Source of the DNA: Candidatus Saccharimonadota bacterium
GTDB taxonomy: Bacteria; Patescibacteriota; Gracilibacteria; Absconditabacterales; Absconditicoccaceae
DNA length: 32,000 nucleotides
Assembly (NCBI GenBank): GCA_000503875.1
Contig: CP006913.1
Span: forward strand, 510,001-542,000
Direction: 5' to 3'
The translations under genes and the position numbers were made by a program. Positions 21,356-32,000 of the stretch are shown piece by piece (position 1 is the first letter of the stretch; each line of letters starts with the position of its first letter). A model generated the notes under the pieces. That model did not search any database and was not told the DNA's origin. It saw only the letters and a program-made list of their open reading frames with translations.

Positions 21356-21559
21356 TTATTTTTTACAATTACAATGAGTTAATTCTGCATAAGCAACAAA
21401 CACAGCTGAAAGTCAAACTAATCAATAAACAACACGAGATAAATTTGACATATCACCAAATATCCAAGCAACTAAATCAAATCCGAAGAAACCAACTAAC
21501 CCCCAATTAAGACCACCAACTACCAAAAGTAGTAATGCAATAATATAAACAGTTTTCAT
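21356..21559 (-). CDS. DUF378 family small membrane protein, 67 aa
   Basis: Sequence MKTVYIIALLLLVVGGLNWGLVGFFGFDLVAWIFGDMSNLSRVVY-G-LV-G-LSAV. The GxLNWGLxG and FDLVA pattern is typical of DUF378. TAA stop at 21356-21358. Confidence 0.8.
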
Positions 21560-21667
21560 AATGATATGTATTAGAAGATAAAAACATATTAAATGGTTTT
21601 CATCAAAGATCATTATATCAACTTGTTATTCATAATAAGATATGATTTTAAAAACAAAAATCAAGTT

Positions 21668-21694
21668 TTAAAAAAAATTAGCTATAAGCTAATT
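21668..21694 (-). terminator. Intrinsic terminator directly downstream of tRNA-Trp
   Basis: Stem AATTAGC/GCTAATT (21676-21682 with 21688-21694). On the minus strand it is followed by about 8 U. Confidence 0.6.
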
Positions 21695-21699
21695 TAATT

Positions 21700-21771
21700 C
21701 AGGGCCGGCAGGAATTGAACCCGCGACGCGGAGCTTTGGAGACTCCCGCTCTACCACTGAGCTACGGCCCT
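21700..21771 (-). tRNA. tRNA-Trp, anticodon CCA
   Basis: The reverse complement folds as a cloverleaf. Acceptor AGGGCCG/CGGCCCT, D arm GCTC-AGTGGTA-GAGC, anticodon arm GGAGT-CTCCAAA-GCTCC, T arm GCGGG-TTCAATT-CCTGC, discriminator G. CCA 3' end is not encoded. Confidence 0.92.
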
Positions 21772-21776
21772 ATTTT

Positions 21777-22101
21777 TTGCCCAATCTAATAAGCCTGATT
21801 CTGTACTATGTGGAATTTCTCTAAGTCGACGTAAAGTCGACATCTGCACTACTCTATACAAGATAGGTAAGCTTGCACCAGCTATGGTTTACCACTCGAA
21901 CACCCATCAGGTGAACTGAGAAGAAGTAGCTTGCTTTAGCAAGCATCCTCACGTTGCATCTTTTCTCTGCCGAAGCAAAGTAGTTTTCGTTTCTGTGGCA
22001 CTTTCATTTAACATGATTCAGCATCCATAAGATGCTAGCTTTTTTATGGTGTCAGGACTTTCCTCCCCACATTACTGCAAGGTACCACATAGATTGGACA
22101 A
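21777..22101 (-). ncRNA. rnpB: RNase P RNA, bacterial type A
   Basis: Minus-strand conserved blocks are GGAGGAAAGTCC (P4 5' strand), GTGCCACAGAAA, GGTAAACCATAGCTGGTGCAAG and ACAGAATCAGGCTTAT (P4 3' strand). An 11-bp P1 pairs TTGTCCAATCT (22091-22101) with AGATTGGGCAA (21777-21787). The region is markedly more GC-rich than its surroundings. Confidence 0.9.
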
Positions 22102-22107
22102 AGATGA

Positions 22108-22135
22108 CTTTTAAGGAATTACAGAAAAAATGCAA
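22108..22135 (-). promoter_or_regulatory. Putative promoter for rnpB
   Basis: Minus strand reads TTGCAT (22130-22135), then 16 nt, then TAAAAG (22108-22113). This places the predicted start about 7 nt downstream, at the 5' end of P1 (22101). Confidence 0.35.
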
Positions 22136-22158
22136 CAGAAAATGCGGCATTAGCCGCA
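22131..22158 (-). terminator. Intrinsic terminator downstream of lysS
   Basis: GC-rich stem TGCGGC/GCCGCA (22143-22148 with 22153-22158), loop ATTA. On the minus strand it is followed by UUUUCUGUUGCAUUUUUU. Confidence 0.65.
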
Positions 22159-22164
22159 CTTCTT

Positions 22165-23763
<1,599 letters not shown>

Positions 23764-23808
23764 AGTAATATATATCAATAAATAAAATCAGATTCTTATA
23801 ATATTATA

Positions 23809-24939
23809 TTAATAATTATTTTTTGTACTAAATGTTGTTTGTAGCGTAAATTGATAATTTTGAATAGATCATTTTAACTTTTTTTGCCATAATCATGCAT
23901 ATAGTTTTGTTTTCAATGATATAGTGAAATAAGGTGCTATTTGAAATTCTCATTCAGCCCAAGATAAATTAGGATTTTTGGTTGGATATATTGTAATATT
24001 TCGATCGGTAACAGTAATACTTCTATCAAATAGATCCACCCAACCAGTTAAAACATCCTGTGCTGATAAAGGCAAACGATATCATGAATATATATTTCCC
24101 AAAGCATTTCAACCGCAAACAAATCACTGAGAATAATCACAAGTCCAAGTATCAAGGACTCAATCATATACACCAGAAGATGTTGCTACAACAAAATCAT
24201 GATTATTTCCTGCATCAAATGATCTGAGTTTTAGCATTTGTAATGCATACAAAAATTCATTATCTCAAGAAATTTGACCATCTCAGTTCCAATCTCAACT
24301 TTCAATAAGAGCCCTTCTGATAAAGACTCTGTACTGTTTATCTTGAGAAATTAAATATAACTCTTTGACTCAAGTAGCTTGTAAAACAGCATCTGGTCAT
24401 TTTCCTAAATCAATATCATCAGAATCATTAATAGCAGAAAAATTAAAGTCTGAATTATCTTTAACATCCAAAAATTGTAATGCATATTGACCAAATGATT
24501 GATGGGTTCATGTTGCACATCACGTCAAAAGATTTGGCGTTTCAATTACATATTCAAAACCTGTGCTATATCACGTAGAAGAACTACAATGATATAAAGC
24601 GTGTTGTCATGTATTTGTTTTAAAGGTATTTTTATTACCAAATGTTGTAAACAAATCACAATATCAATTTATACCAACATTCCAAGAAAACGAACTTAGC
24701 GTATCACAACCAACGCGACTACGATTAAAATATTCTTCATAATCTATAGTATAATCTCTCAATAAAAGATTTACTCTTTCAAACATATAATAAGTAGTTT
24801 CGAGCAATTTCGCTCTTGCTTGAAAAGAATATCTAAAAGTAATTATACCTAAATATGCATTAATAACGATTGTCATCAATAAAAAGAATCCAGTAATAGA
24901 AAGGAGTATTTCCAATAGAGTAAATCACTTTTTTTTCAT
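23809..24939 (-). CDS. Type IV prepilin-like (pseudopilin-like) protein with an unusually large 376-aa body
   Basis: Begins MKKK-G-FTLLEILLSITGFFLLMTIVI, a class III signal peptide (G|FTLxE) followed by a hydrophobic helix. The -1 Gly is encoded by TGA at 24925-24927. The frame was scanned with no TAA/TAG. TAA stop at 23809-23811. Confidence 0.85.
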
Positions 24940-24964
24940 AAACAATTCACTGGTAAGAATAAAA

Positions 24965-26461
24965 TTATTGCAATAAATCTTTATTTAATTCAGATCTTGT
25001 AGAAGGCCCCATCCATCATCGAGTTTGCGGTTTCTTTTCATAACCTTTTAATAGATTCTTTGATAATTGATATTGATAAAGTGCTTCTATAGTTTGGGCT
25101 GAATATATGCCATCAATTATTCATTTATAATGTCATAATTTTGTTAACAATTGTTGCAGAATAGTAATATCATTATGTGATTGTCCTTTTTTAAAAGCTT
25201 GAGTGAATTTAAATCATTGATCAACAATGATAGATGGCGTTTCAACAAGAGTTGTTTGATCTGATGTTGGCAATAATTGTTTTTTATAATCATTTAAAAG
25301 AACTTGTTTTTTTTGAATAACTGCATTTTTAAATGTTGATGTTATATCTTTTTGTAATTGAATAATTAATGGTATCCATTTTGTGATAGCATCTTTAAAT
25401 TGAACAGAATTAATAGTTCAAGAATTTTGTAATGATACTGTTTTAGAAAAGTTTTTTATCTGGTTTGTAATGGTAGCTAATTCTTTTAAAAAACCAGTTG
25501 AAGAAACAAAAGAAGAACATTGTACTTTTCATAAAGGCGCATAAGTAGAAGAAAATAACTGAATATTTTTTGTTATTTGAGTAAATTCTTTATTGTCATA
25601 CCACTTATTAAGAAGCATATTCATTTTTTCATCAAATTGCATTTCATATAATCCCAAAGCATAAATTTTTTGCTGATGTAATTCCAATCCTAATGAAGGC
25701 AATATTTTATTCCTTTTAACTTCATTATTGATAATAGTTTGAAATGTAGAATCCAATCCAGAAAGAGATGCTTTTTTCAAAACATATAATTTAGAAAAGA
25801 ATTTATTTCAAGAACCAGCTAATTGGATTTGATAATTCAATAAATCTGAATTTAATTTTTTGTATTGTTCATCTATATTTTTAATTGTTTGAATATTATT
25901 ACCTATAGTTACCAATAAGTCTTTATTTATTTCAGAATAGTCTTTAACATCTTTAACAAACTTTTCTATTTTATTTTCATAAGAAGATTGAAACTGTGTT
26001 GCTAAATTTTTTTGATTAAGAATTAATTGATTAAGTGATGTTAATATACGAGTTTTCTCAGTTTCATATGTTTTTCAATTAGGAAACAAAGATACCTTAG
26101 TATCTTGGTAAATACGTTGTTTTTGTTCTATATCCAAAGCATCTGCATAAAACGTTGCATAAGCATTCAAAAATCAGATTTTTAGATTTTTATTATCATT
26201 TTGCATTTGTTGTAAAAGCGATGTATCACTAATTACTCACAAACAAACTAATCCTTGATAATTTAACGATGTAAGAAAACCTCCTACAGAAGTTTGAAAA
26301 TTTTGATACACCTTATTGTAAGAAGAATCAAACATATTTTCTATAGTAATTTTTTCTTGACTAATTGTTTCTAAAAATGTTTTTTGAGATGTCGAAGCAA
26401 ATACAGAAATTCAAAACAATAAAAAGCTGAAAAAGAAAAAACTTTTTATAATTCTCTTCAT
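24965..26461 (-). CDS. Secreted protein with a C-terminal peptidoglycan-binding (PG_binding_1-like) domain, 498 aa
   Basis: Signal peptide MKRIIKSFFFFSFLLF-G-ISVFAS. A long helical, Q/N/K-rich middle region. The C-terminus GQSHNDITILQQLLTKL-G-HYK-G-IIDGIYSAQTIEALYQYQ matches the PG-binding repeat pattern. The stretch 24965-25530 was scanned and has no TAA/TAG. Confidence 0.75.
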
Positions 26462-26615
26462 TGGATTAAAATAGAAAATAAAGAATATCATCAAAAATAT
26501 AGCATTACCCCATAGTATTTCAAGTTGATTTTACATTATAAAATAGTAATATCTATTCCAAGAAAACAATAAATTCAAAGTTCTTTACAGCTTTTAACTT
26601 TTATAATACAAAAAA

Positions 26616-27200
26616 ATGACCTTAGTACCAAGTGTGATTGAAAAAACAAAATGAGGAGAAAGAGCCTACGACATTTACTCTAGATTATTGGAAGACAGAA
26701 TTATTTTTATAGGAGAACAAGTACACTCTGGAATGGTGAATACTGTTATTGCACAACTTCTTTATTTGGAAAAGAAAGATCCTGATAAAGATATTATTAT
26801 ATATATCAATACACCAGGTGGTGAAGTATATTCCGGTATGGCAATCTACGATACCATTCAATACCTAAAATGCGATGTATGTACAATCTGTGTTGGTCTT
26901 GCTGCCTCAATGGGATCTGTGTTATTAGCTTGTGGAACAAAAGGAAAAAGATATGCGCTTCCTCACGGAAAAATAATGATTCATCAACCGCTCATTTCTT
27001 GAGGAGGAATTACGGGACAAGCTACTGATATTCAAATAGAAGCTGAAGAAATGTTAAAAGTAAAGGCTATGCTCAATGGTATTATTGCAAAACACACAGG
27101 ACAAAAAGCAAGTAAAATATCCCAAGATATGGAAAGAAATAAACGAATGACATCACAAGAAGCTTTAGAATACGGATTAATAGATAAAATAATCCAATAA
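26616..27200 (+). CDS. clpP: ATP-dependent Clp protease proteolytic subunit ClpP, 194 aa, with Asn at the catalytic Asp position
   Basis: Motifs [36 protein letters not shown] (catalytic Ser), IMIHQP (catalytic His) and GQATDI. TAA stop at 27198-27200. Confidence 0.93.
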
Positions 27201-27231
27201 TTTTCATTTTTTATGAACTCTTATACTGTTT

Positions 27232-28665
27232 ATGAACGCCTATAAACTAACAATTTGATTAGAAATCCACATAAAATTAAAATCTGAAAACAAACTTTTT
27301 TGCCAATGCAAAAATCAACAAGATTTCGAAAATACAAAACCAAATACAAATATTTGTCCAGTATGTACAGGACAACCAGGTGCTCTACCAACACTTAGTT
27401 ATGAAGCTTTACAAAAAGGCTTACTTTTGGGAAAAGCATTAAATTGTACTATTAACAAAGAATCTCGTTTTGATAGAAAATCATATTTTTATCCTGATCT
27501 TCCTATGGGATATCAGATTACGCAATTATATAAGCCTACAAACACAAACTGAAAAATGAGTTTTTATATAGACAATTATAGACAAGAAAGGACAGTACAT
27601 ATACTAGATGCCCATATAGAATCCGATACGGCAAAAATGATTCACGAAAACAAAAAAGCATTATTGGATTTTAATCGTGCTGGAACACCTCTCATAGAAG
27701 TAGTTACATGACCAGATTTCACAAGTTCTGAAGAAGTTATAGAATTTCTTAAAGAGCTTCAAAGAATAGTGAGATTCAACTATATTTCTGATGCTGATAT
27801 GGAAAAATGACAGATGAGAATTGATGTAAATATTTCAATCAGAAAAGATGAAGATACAAAACTTGGTACAAGAGTAGAACTAAAAAATATTAATTCATTT
27901 TCTGCAATAAGAAGAGCGATTGAAAACGAATTCAATAGACAAAAAGATCTTTATGAGACCGATCAAACTTTTTCACAGCAAACAAGACGTCGAGACGATC
28001 AAAACACTTGTTCACACCTAATGAGATCAAAAGAAGATGCTTTAGATTATAGATATTTTCCAGAACCAGATTTACCACCATTAATTCTTAGTGATGAACT
28101 ACTCAAAAATATCAATACTACTTCATTAGAAATTCCTTATATTTTTATTAAACAAGCAAAAGAAGAATTTTGATTTAATAAAGAATTCATAAATGCACTT
28201 ATTCAGGATAAAGAAACATTGGATTACTTTACATCGTTAGATATAGATCCAAGAATCAAAGCAAAACGAATTTGTGGACCAATAGCAGCTCGATGCAAAG
28301 AACAATACAAAACTATAACACAGCTCCCCTTCTCTAAAGAAAGTTTTATACAATTTTTGACTAGTTCTCAAGAAGGTAAACTACCAGAAAATCAACTTAA
28401 AGTAATTATTGAAGAAATGCTAGCAACAGGAAAATCATCAGAAGAAATAATAGAACAAAAATGATTCAATGCCCCAACAATTAATAACAATGATTTAGAA
28501 AATATAGTAAAAGAAGTATTAAAAGATAATCAATCAATTGTAGAACAATATAAAGCAGGCAAGACGACTACCCTATGATTCTTTGTCTGACAAGTAATGA
28601 AAAAAACTGGAGGTAAAATAGACCCAAAAATTGTCGGAGAATTAATTCAACAATTATTAGGATAA
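27232..28665 (+). CDS. gatB: Asp/Glu-tRNA amidotransferase subunit B, 477 aa
   Basis: Motifs I-G-LEIH (TGA at 27256-27258), [63 protein letters not shown] and [11 protein letters not shown]. The C-terminus reads [18 protein letters not shown] stop at 28663-28665. Confidence 0.95.
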
Positions 28666-28679
28666 GAACAATAAGTTAC

Positions 28680-28712
28680 AAAAAAAACTGAGAAATTACT
28701 CTCAGTTTTTTT
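28680..28712. terminator. Bidirectional intrinsic terminator between convergent gatB and the CcdA-fusion gene
   Basis: Stem AACTGAGA/TCTCAGTT (28686-28693 with 28700-28707). It is flanked by 8 A upstream and a T-run that follows to 28712. Confidence 0.7.
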
Positions 28713-28730
28713 ATTAGGAATAGTAGTATA

Positions 28731-29981
28731 TTACATAGTTACCAATACATATATTCAAAGTCCAAGCATCAATAATCATACAATCAAATGAATCAACTTC
28801 GTATTAGTATGTTTAATTTTTGCCAATTTATCAACTGTACTATATCCAAATGCTACTAGAATAGCAATAATTGCCATAGGTAAAACAAAAATCAGATTAT
28901 ATACTAAGAGATAAATATATCCTCGCGTATGTAATTCTTTACTTTCTGCACTTAAATATCCAAGAATTGTAAAATATGGTCAAGAAGAACATGGTAACAA
29001 GAAGATACTAACCAAAAGTCAAACAACAAACGCTCACCATGGAGAAGATACTTTATCAATCATATCTTGCATTTTTGGTCTTCGAGAGAAAGGAACTTCC
29101 ATAACAAATCGTTTTCCATACCAGAAATAATCTTTAAGATTTGCTAATCATACTAATATACCCAAAACTCCAACAATAAGTTTTAAAATAAATGTATTAT
29201 TCAATGTTGCCAAAGCTGAAAATAATCACAATCCCATAGCAAAATAACTAAGAAAAACAGCAAATGAGAATAATATACCTGCAAGCAATGTTTTTCTTCT
29301 ACTTTGATGTCTACTCAAAATAGCAGTAAGTAAAAGTAACATAACCGCAAATGCACAAGGATTTATACTATCAGCCAAAGCAGCTGGCATCATTATTCCA
29401 AAAAATTTAATTCTTTGTGTCAATACCGCCTTCTCTTTATTTTTCAAAACAATTTCTTCATTAACAATTTCTTGTTCAGCAACAATATTCGTTTCAACAT
29501 CAGGTTTTTTTATAGATGTTGTTTGTATTATAGCTCATTGTTTTTCACAATTTTCATGAGTACAGTTTTGATGATCACAGGTTAACGGATCACAATTTTC
29601 AGATTCAGTACATCAACCAGCCTGCAATTCATCCAGTTTTTTTTGAAAGAAATCAACAATAGATTTATCACCAGCCAAATATGTACAAGAATCAGATTCT
29701 GAGTCTATAATCAACATAGGTACACCAACTTGATCAGATGATAAATTTAACTTTTTAACATATTCGTTAAATTCACTGAGATTATTTCTATTAAAATAAA
29801 TTTCTTTTTTTTCTAAAGAAAATTTTTTCTGAATATCATTTTCGTTGAAGAAATCTTCAACTTTAGCACAATGAGGACAACCATTTCAATAAAAGAAAAT
29901 ATAATCTTGAGCAAAACTCATAGACATAAATCATCATACAGCAAAAAGCAATCAGATTATAATTTTTGTTCCGTATTTCAT
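28731..29981 (-). CDS. Fusion of an N-terminal thioredoxin/glutaredoxin-fold domain (CPHC) with a CcdA/DsbD-type thiol-disulfide transporter membrane domain, 416 aa
   Basis: N-terminal anchor MKYGTKIII-G-LLFAV, then FFY-G-NGCPHC, then a Cys/His-rich linker, then CcdA motifs ADSINPCAFAV and LLPCSS-G-PY with multiple TM segments. The whole frame was scanned with no TAA/TAG. TAA stop at 28731-28733. Confidence 0.85.
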
Positions 29982-30009
29982 ATCAGATAAGGTAATATAA
30001 TATAAAATT

Positions 30010-30291
30010 TTAATTATCAATAACTGAGTTAACAACAATAGAATTACCTATTTTTTCATGTTTAGCATTATCAAATAATATTTGTGTATCAGTATATTCA
30101 CAAACACCAGAAATTGGTTTTAGAGAGTGAAAAACAGTTCAATTATCATATAATGGTGATTCTATATCTTTCAGCTTTCACAAAAACTGGACAATATTTC
30201 ATAGTTGTGTCCCCAATGTAACAGTTTCTTGATCACTCAAAGAAATTGCAGCTAATTTCTGTAAACGTAAAAATTCTTCTTTATTAAGCAT
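30010..30291 (-). CDS. gatC: Asp/Glu-tRNA amidotransferase subunit C, 93 aa
   Basis: Sequence MLNKEEFLRLQKLAAISLSDQETVTLGTQL-G-NIVQFL-G-KLKDIE has GatC-like size and N-terminal pattern. ATG at 30289-30291 and TAA at 30010-30012. Confidence 0.7.
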
Positions 30292-30314
30292 ATCTTATAT
30301 ATAATAATAAATTA

Positions 30315-32000
30315 TTAATTAACCTTTATATTAATAGTTCCTTCAACTTCTGGTTTATCACTGTAAGATACTTTTGCTTTGATCGTATATGTTCAAGGAG
30401 CATCATATGTTGTAGAAGTACTTATACATTCTCTTCCATTACATTCCAATGTCTTTCCATTTCAAAAGTCCCAATAAATTTTTTCTGGCAATCAGTTAAG
30501 GGTTAAACTCATAGGAACTCTATCTCCTATTTTTGCTATCTGCCCAGGATGAGCATCCAAAGTTAAAGTAAGTTGAACCGTTTGTTTTTTTACAATAATA
30601 GGATACGATAATACTATTTCTTTTTTCATTCATTTTCTTGTTGTCACTGTTACTTTTGGATTATAAGTTCCATTTTCTTTTGCTTGATCATAATTATAGG
30701 TATGATTAACTACTGATTGAGATATATTTTTCTTTATTTCCCCATCTCCAAAATCCCAAGTAAAATAGACTATTTCATCACTTGGATCATTTAGTGTTGT
30801 TGTTGAAGCATCCAAAGTAACAGTAAAAGGAGATATTCCCACAGAATCAGGCTTTACCAATAATTTACCAATAATAGCATCTCTATTTACACGAACAACA
30901 ATATTTTTTTCTGTTTTAGCATTGGTTGTTGCGTCTTCAATAAGTATTTGTACACGATGCTCTTCTGGCGAGTCAATCGTAAATTCAAATATTTTATTAT
31001 CTGGAGACAATACAGGTACACCATCCAAGCTTACTTTTCTAAGAGCACGAGTATTATTTGGAACAACTGAAATTAAATTTAATTGAAGAACTGTTGGTAT
31101 TTCTGAAATAGTAATTATTTCATCACTAAAGGTATTTATTCCAGATTGTGTAAAAGCAGTGAATTTTGGAGAACCTGGTGATTTATATTGTAAGTCATAT
31201 GTTATTTGAAAATCTGTTGCTCCAACCTCAATATCTTCACTTTCACAAGATCATTTTTTACCCTCATCAGTAATAAATTCTACTTTAAGAGAATACATAC
31301 CAGCTGAAGGGAATTGGTAATCAAAAACTGGTTGTTTTGATTTTGTTGTTGCAAGCGTTTTCTTTCAATCAAGAACCAAATATTGATATTCTACGACACT
31401 AGCGTTAGCTTCCAAAAACTGAACATCAAAAGCATATGCTGTACCCTGAGTATTATTTGCAATAATTTCACAAACAGGAACATCAGACTGTTCTACTCTA
31501 AGTGGAAAAATATAAGCATACGCATTTAATCAAGGAAATCTAACTGAAACAGTATATAGTTTTGCTTGTTTATAAGTATAAGTAAATGTAGACGCATCTT
31601 GTTTATCTGCTTGACCATCACCATCAGCATCCCAAACTATTTTGTAGTCTTGTAAAGAAAAATCTCTAAATACACTTGATGCATCAAATCTGATTTTACT
31701 TGGAACTTTTCCAACAATCATTTCTGTATGAGCATCATTATAAGAAATAGATCATTCAACAGGATTTACTGCAATTTCTGATTCAAAAACCAATGATCAT
31801 GCAGGTATATCTTTTTGAAGTTTTTCTCCCGTTGGTGTATTTGTATAATCAACTTTCAACGTCATAGGATATTCTCCTTTCTTAAAATAGATACAGTTAC
31901 CATCAAACTGAGCAGTAGCCATATTCATAGGTACTGTTTGCCCATTTCCACAGTCCAAAATAACTTGATTAAAAGTGGACTGTCCAAAACTTGGCAAAAC
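30315..32000 (-). CDS. Large surface protein with repeated PKD/Ig-like domains. Only the C-terminal 561 codons are in the window, and the N-terminus lies beyond the right edge.
   Basis: Track ORFs 30630-31028, 31530-31721 and 31797-31997 are all in one frame, and the gaps were scanned with no TAA/TAG. Repeated PKD signatures: VYFTWDFGDGE...HTYNY...GTYNPKVTV, IVWDADGDGQ...FTYTY...LYTVSV and IYWDF-G-NGKT...YDAP-G-TYTIKAKV. Double TAA stop at 30312-30317. Confidence 0.85.

Overview
AT-rich bacterial chromosomal window that only reads sensibly under genetic code 25 (TGA = Gly), the code of Gracilibacteria and Absconditabacteria/SR1 (CPR). The supplied standard-code ORF track is fragmented. Same-frame fragments are separated only by TGA, and those TGAs fall on invariant glycines of well-known motifs in RecG, DnaB, FtsH, Ung, Nth, GatB and a prepilin leader. 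I re-read both strands codon by codon with TAA/TAG as the only stops. This gives 27 tightly packed CDSs. Housekeeping calls are nth, a PAP2 phosphatase, lemA plus a TPM-domain protein, dnaB, a nucleotidyltransferase, a TPR protein, a PSP1/RicT-like protein, ftsH, recG, an MscS-like channel, ung, a DUF378 protein, lysS, clpP, gatB, a thioredoxin-fold/CcdA fusion and gatC. Envelope or surface calls are a CAP-domain secreted protein, a 376-aa prepilin-like protein, a secreted protein with a peptidoglycan-binding domain, and a partial multi-PKD protein. RNA genes are a partial tRNA (probably Arg-CCG), tRNA-Trp(CCA), and RNase P RNA lying about 5 nt upstream of tRNA-Trp. The least explained part is 1556-9093. 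It holds two paralogous cassettes, each a ~95-aa helical protein followed within 16-24 nt by a large orphan protein (1116 aa and 547 aa). One cassette is preceded by a 372-aa orphan. None of the large or 372-aa proteins has a signal peptide or a motif I recognise. A GC-enriched, hairpin-dense non-coding locus at about 9210-9600 is a candidate structured RNA of unresolved identity and strand. I saw no CRISPR array, transposase or integrase. All translations and alignments were done by hand, and no database search was run.
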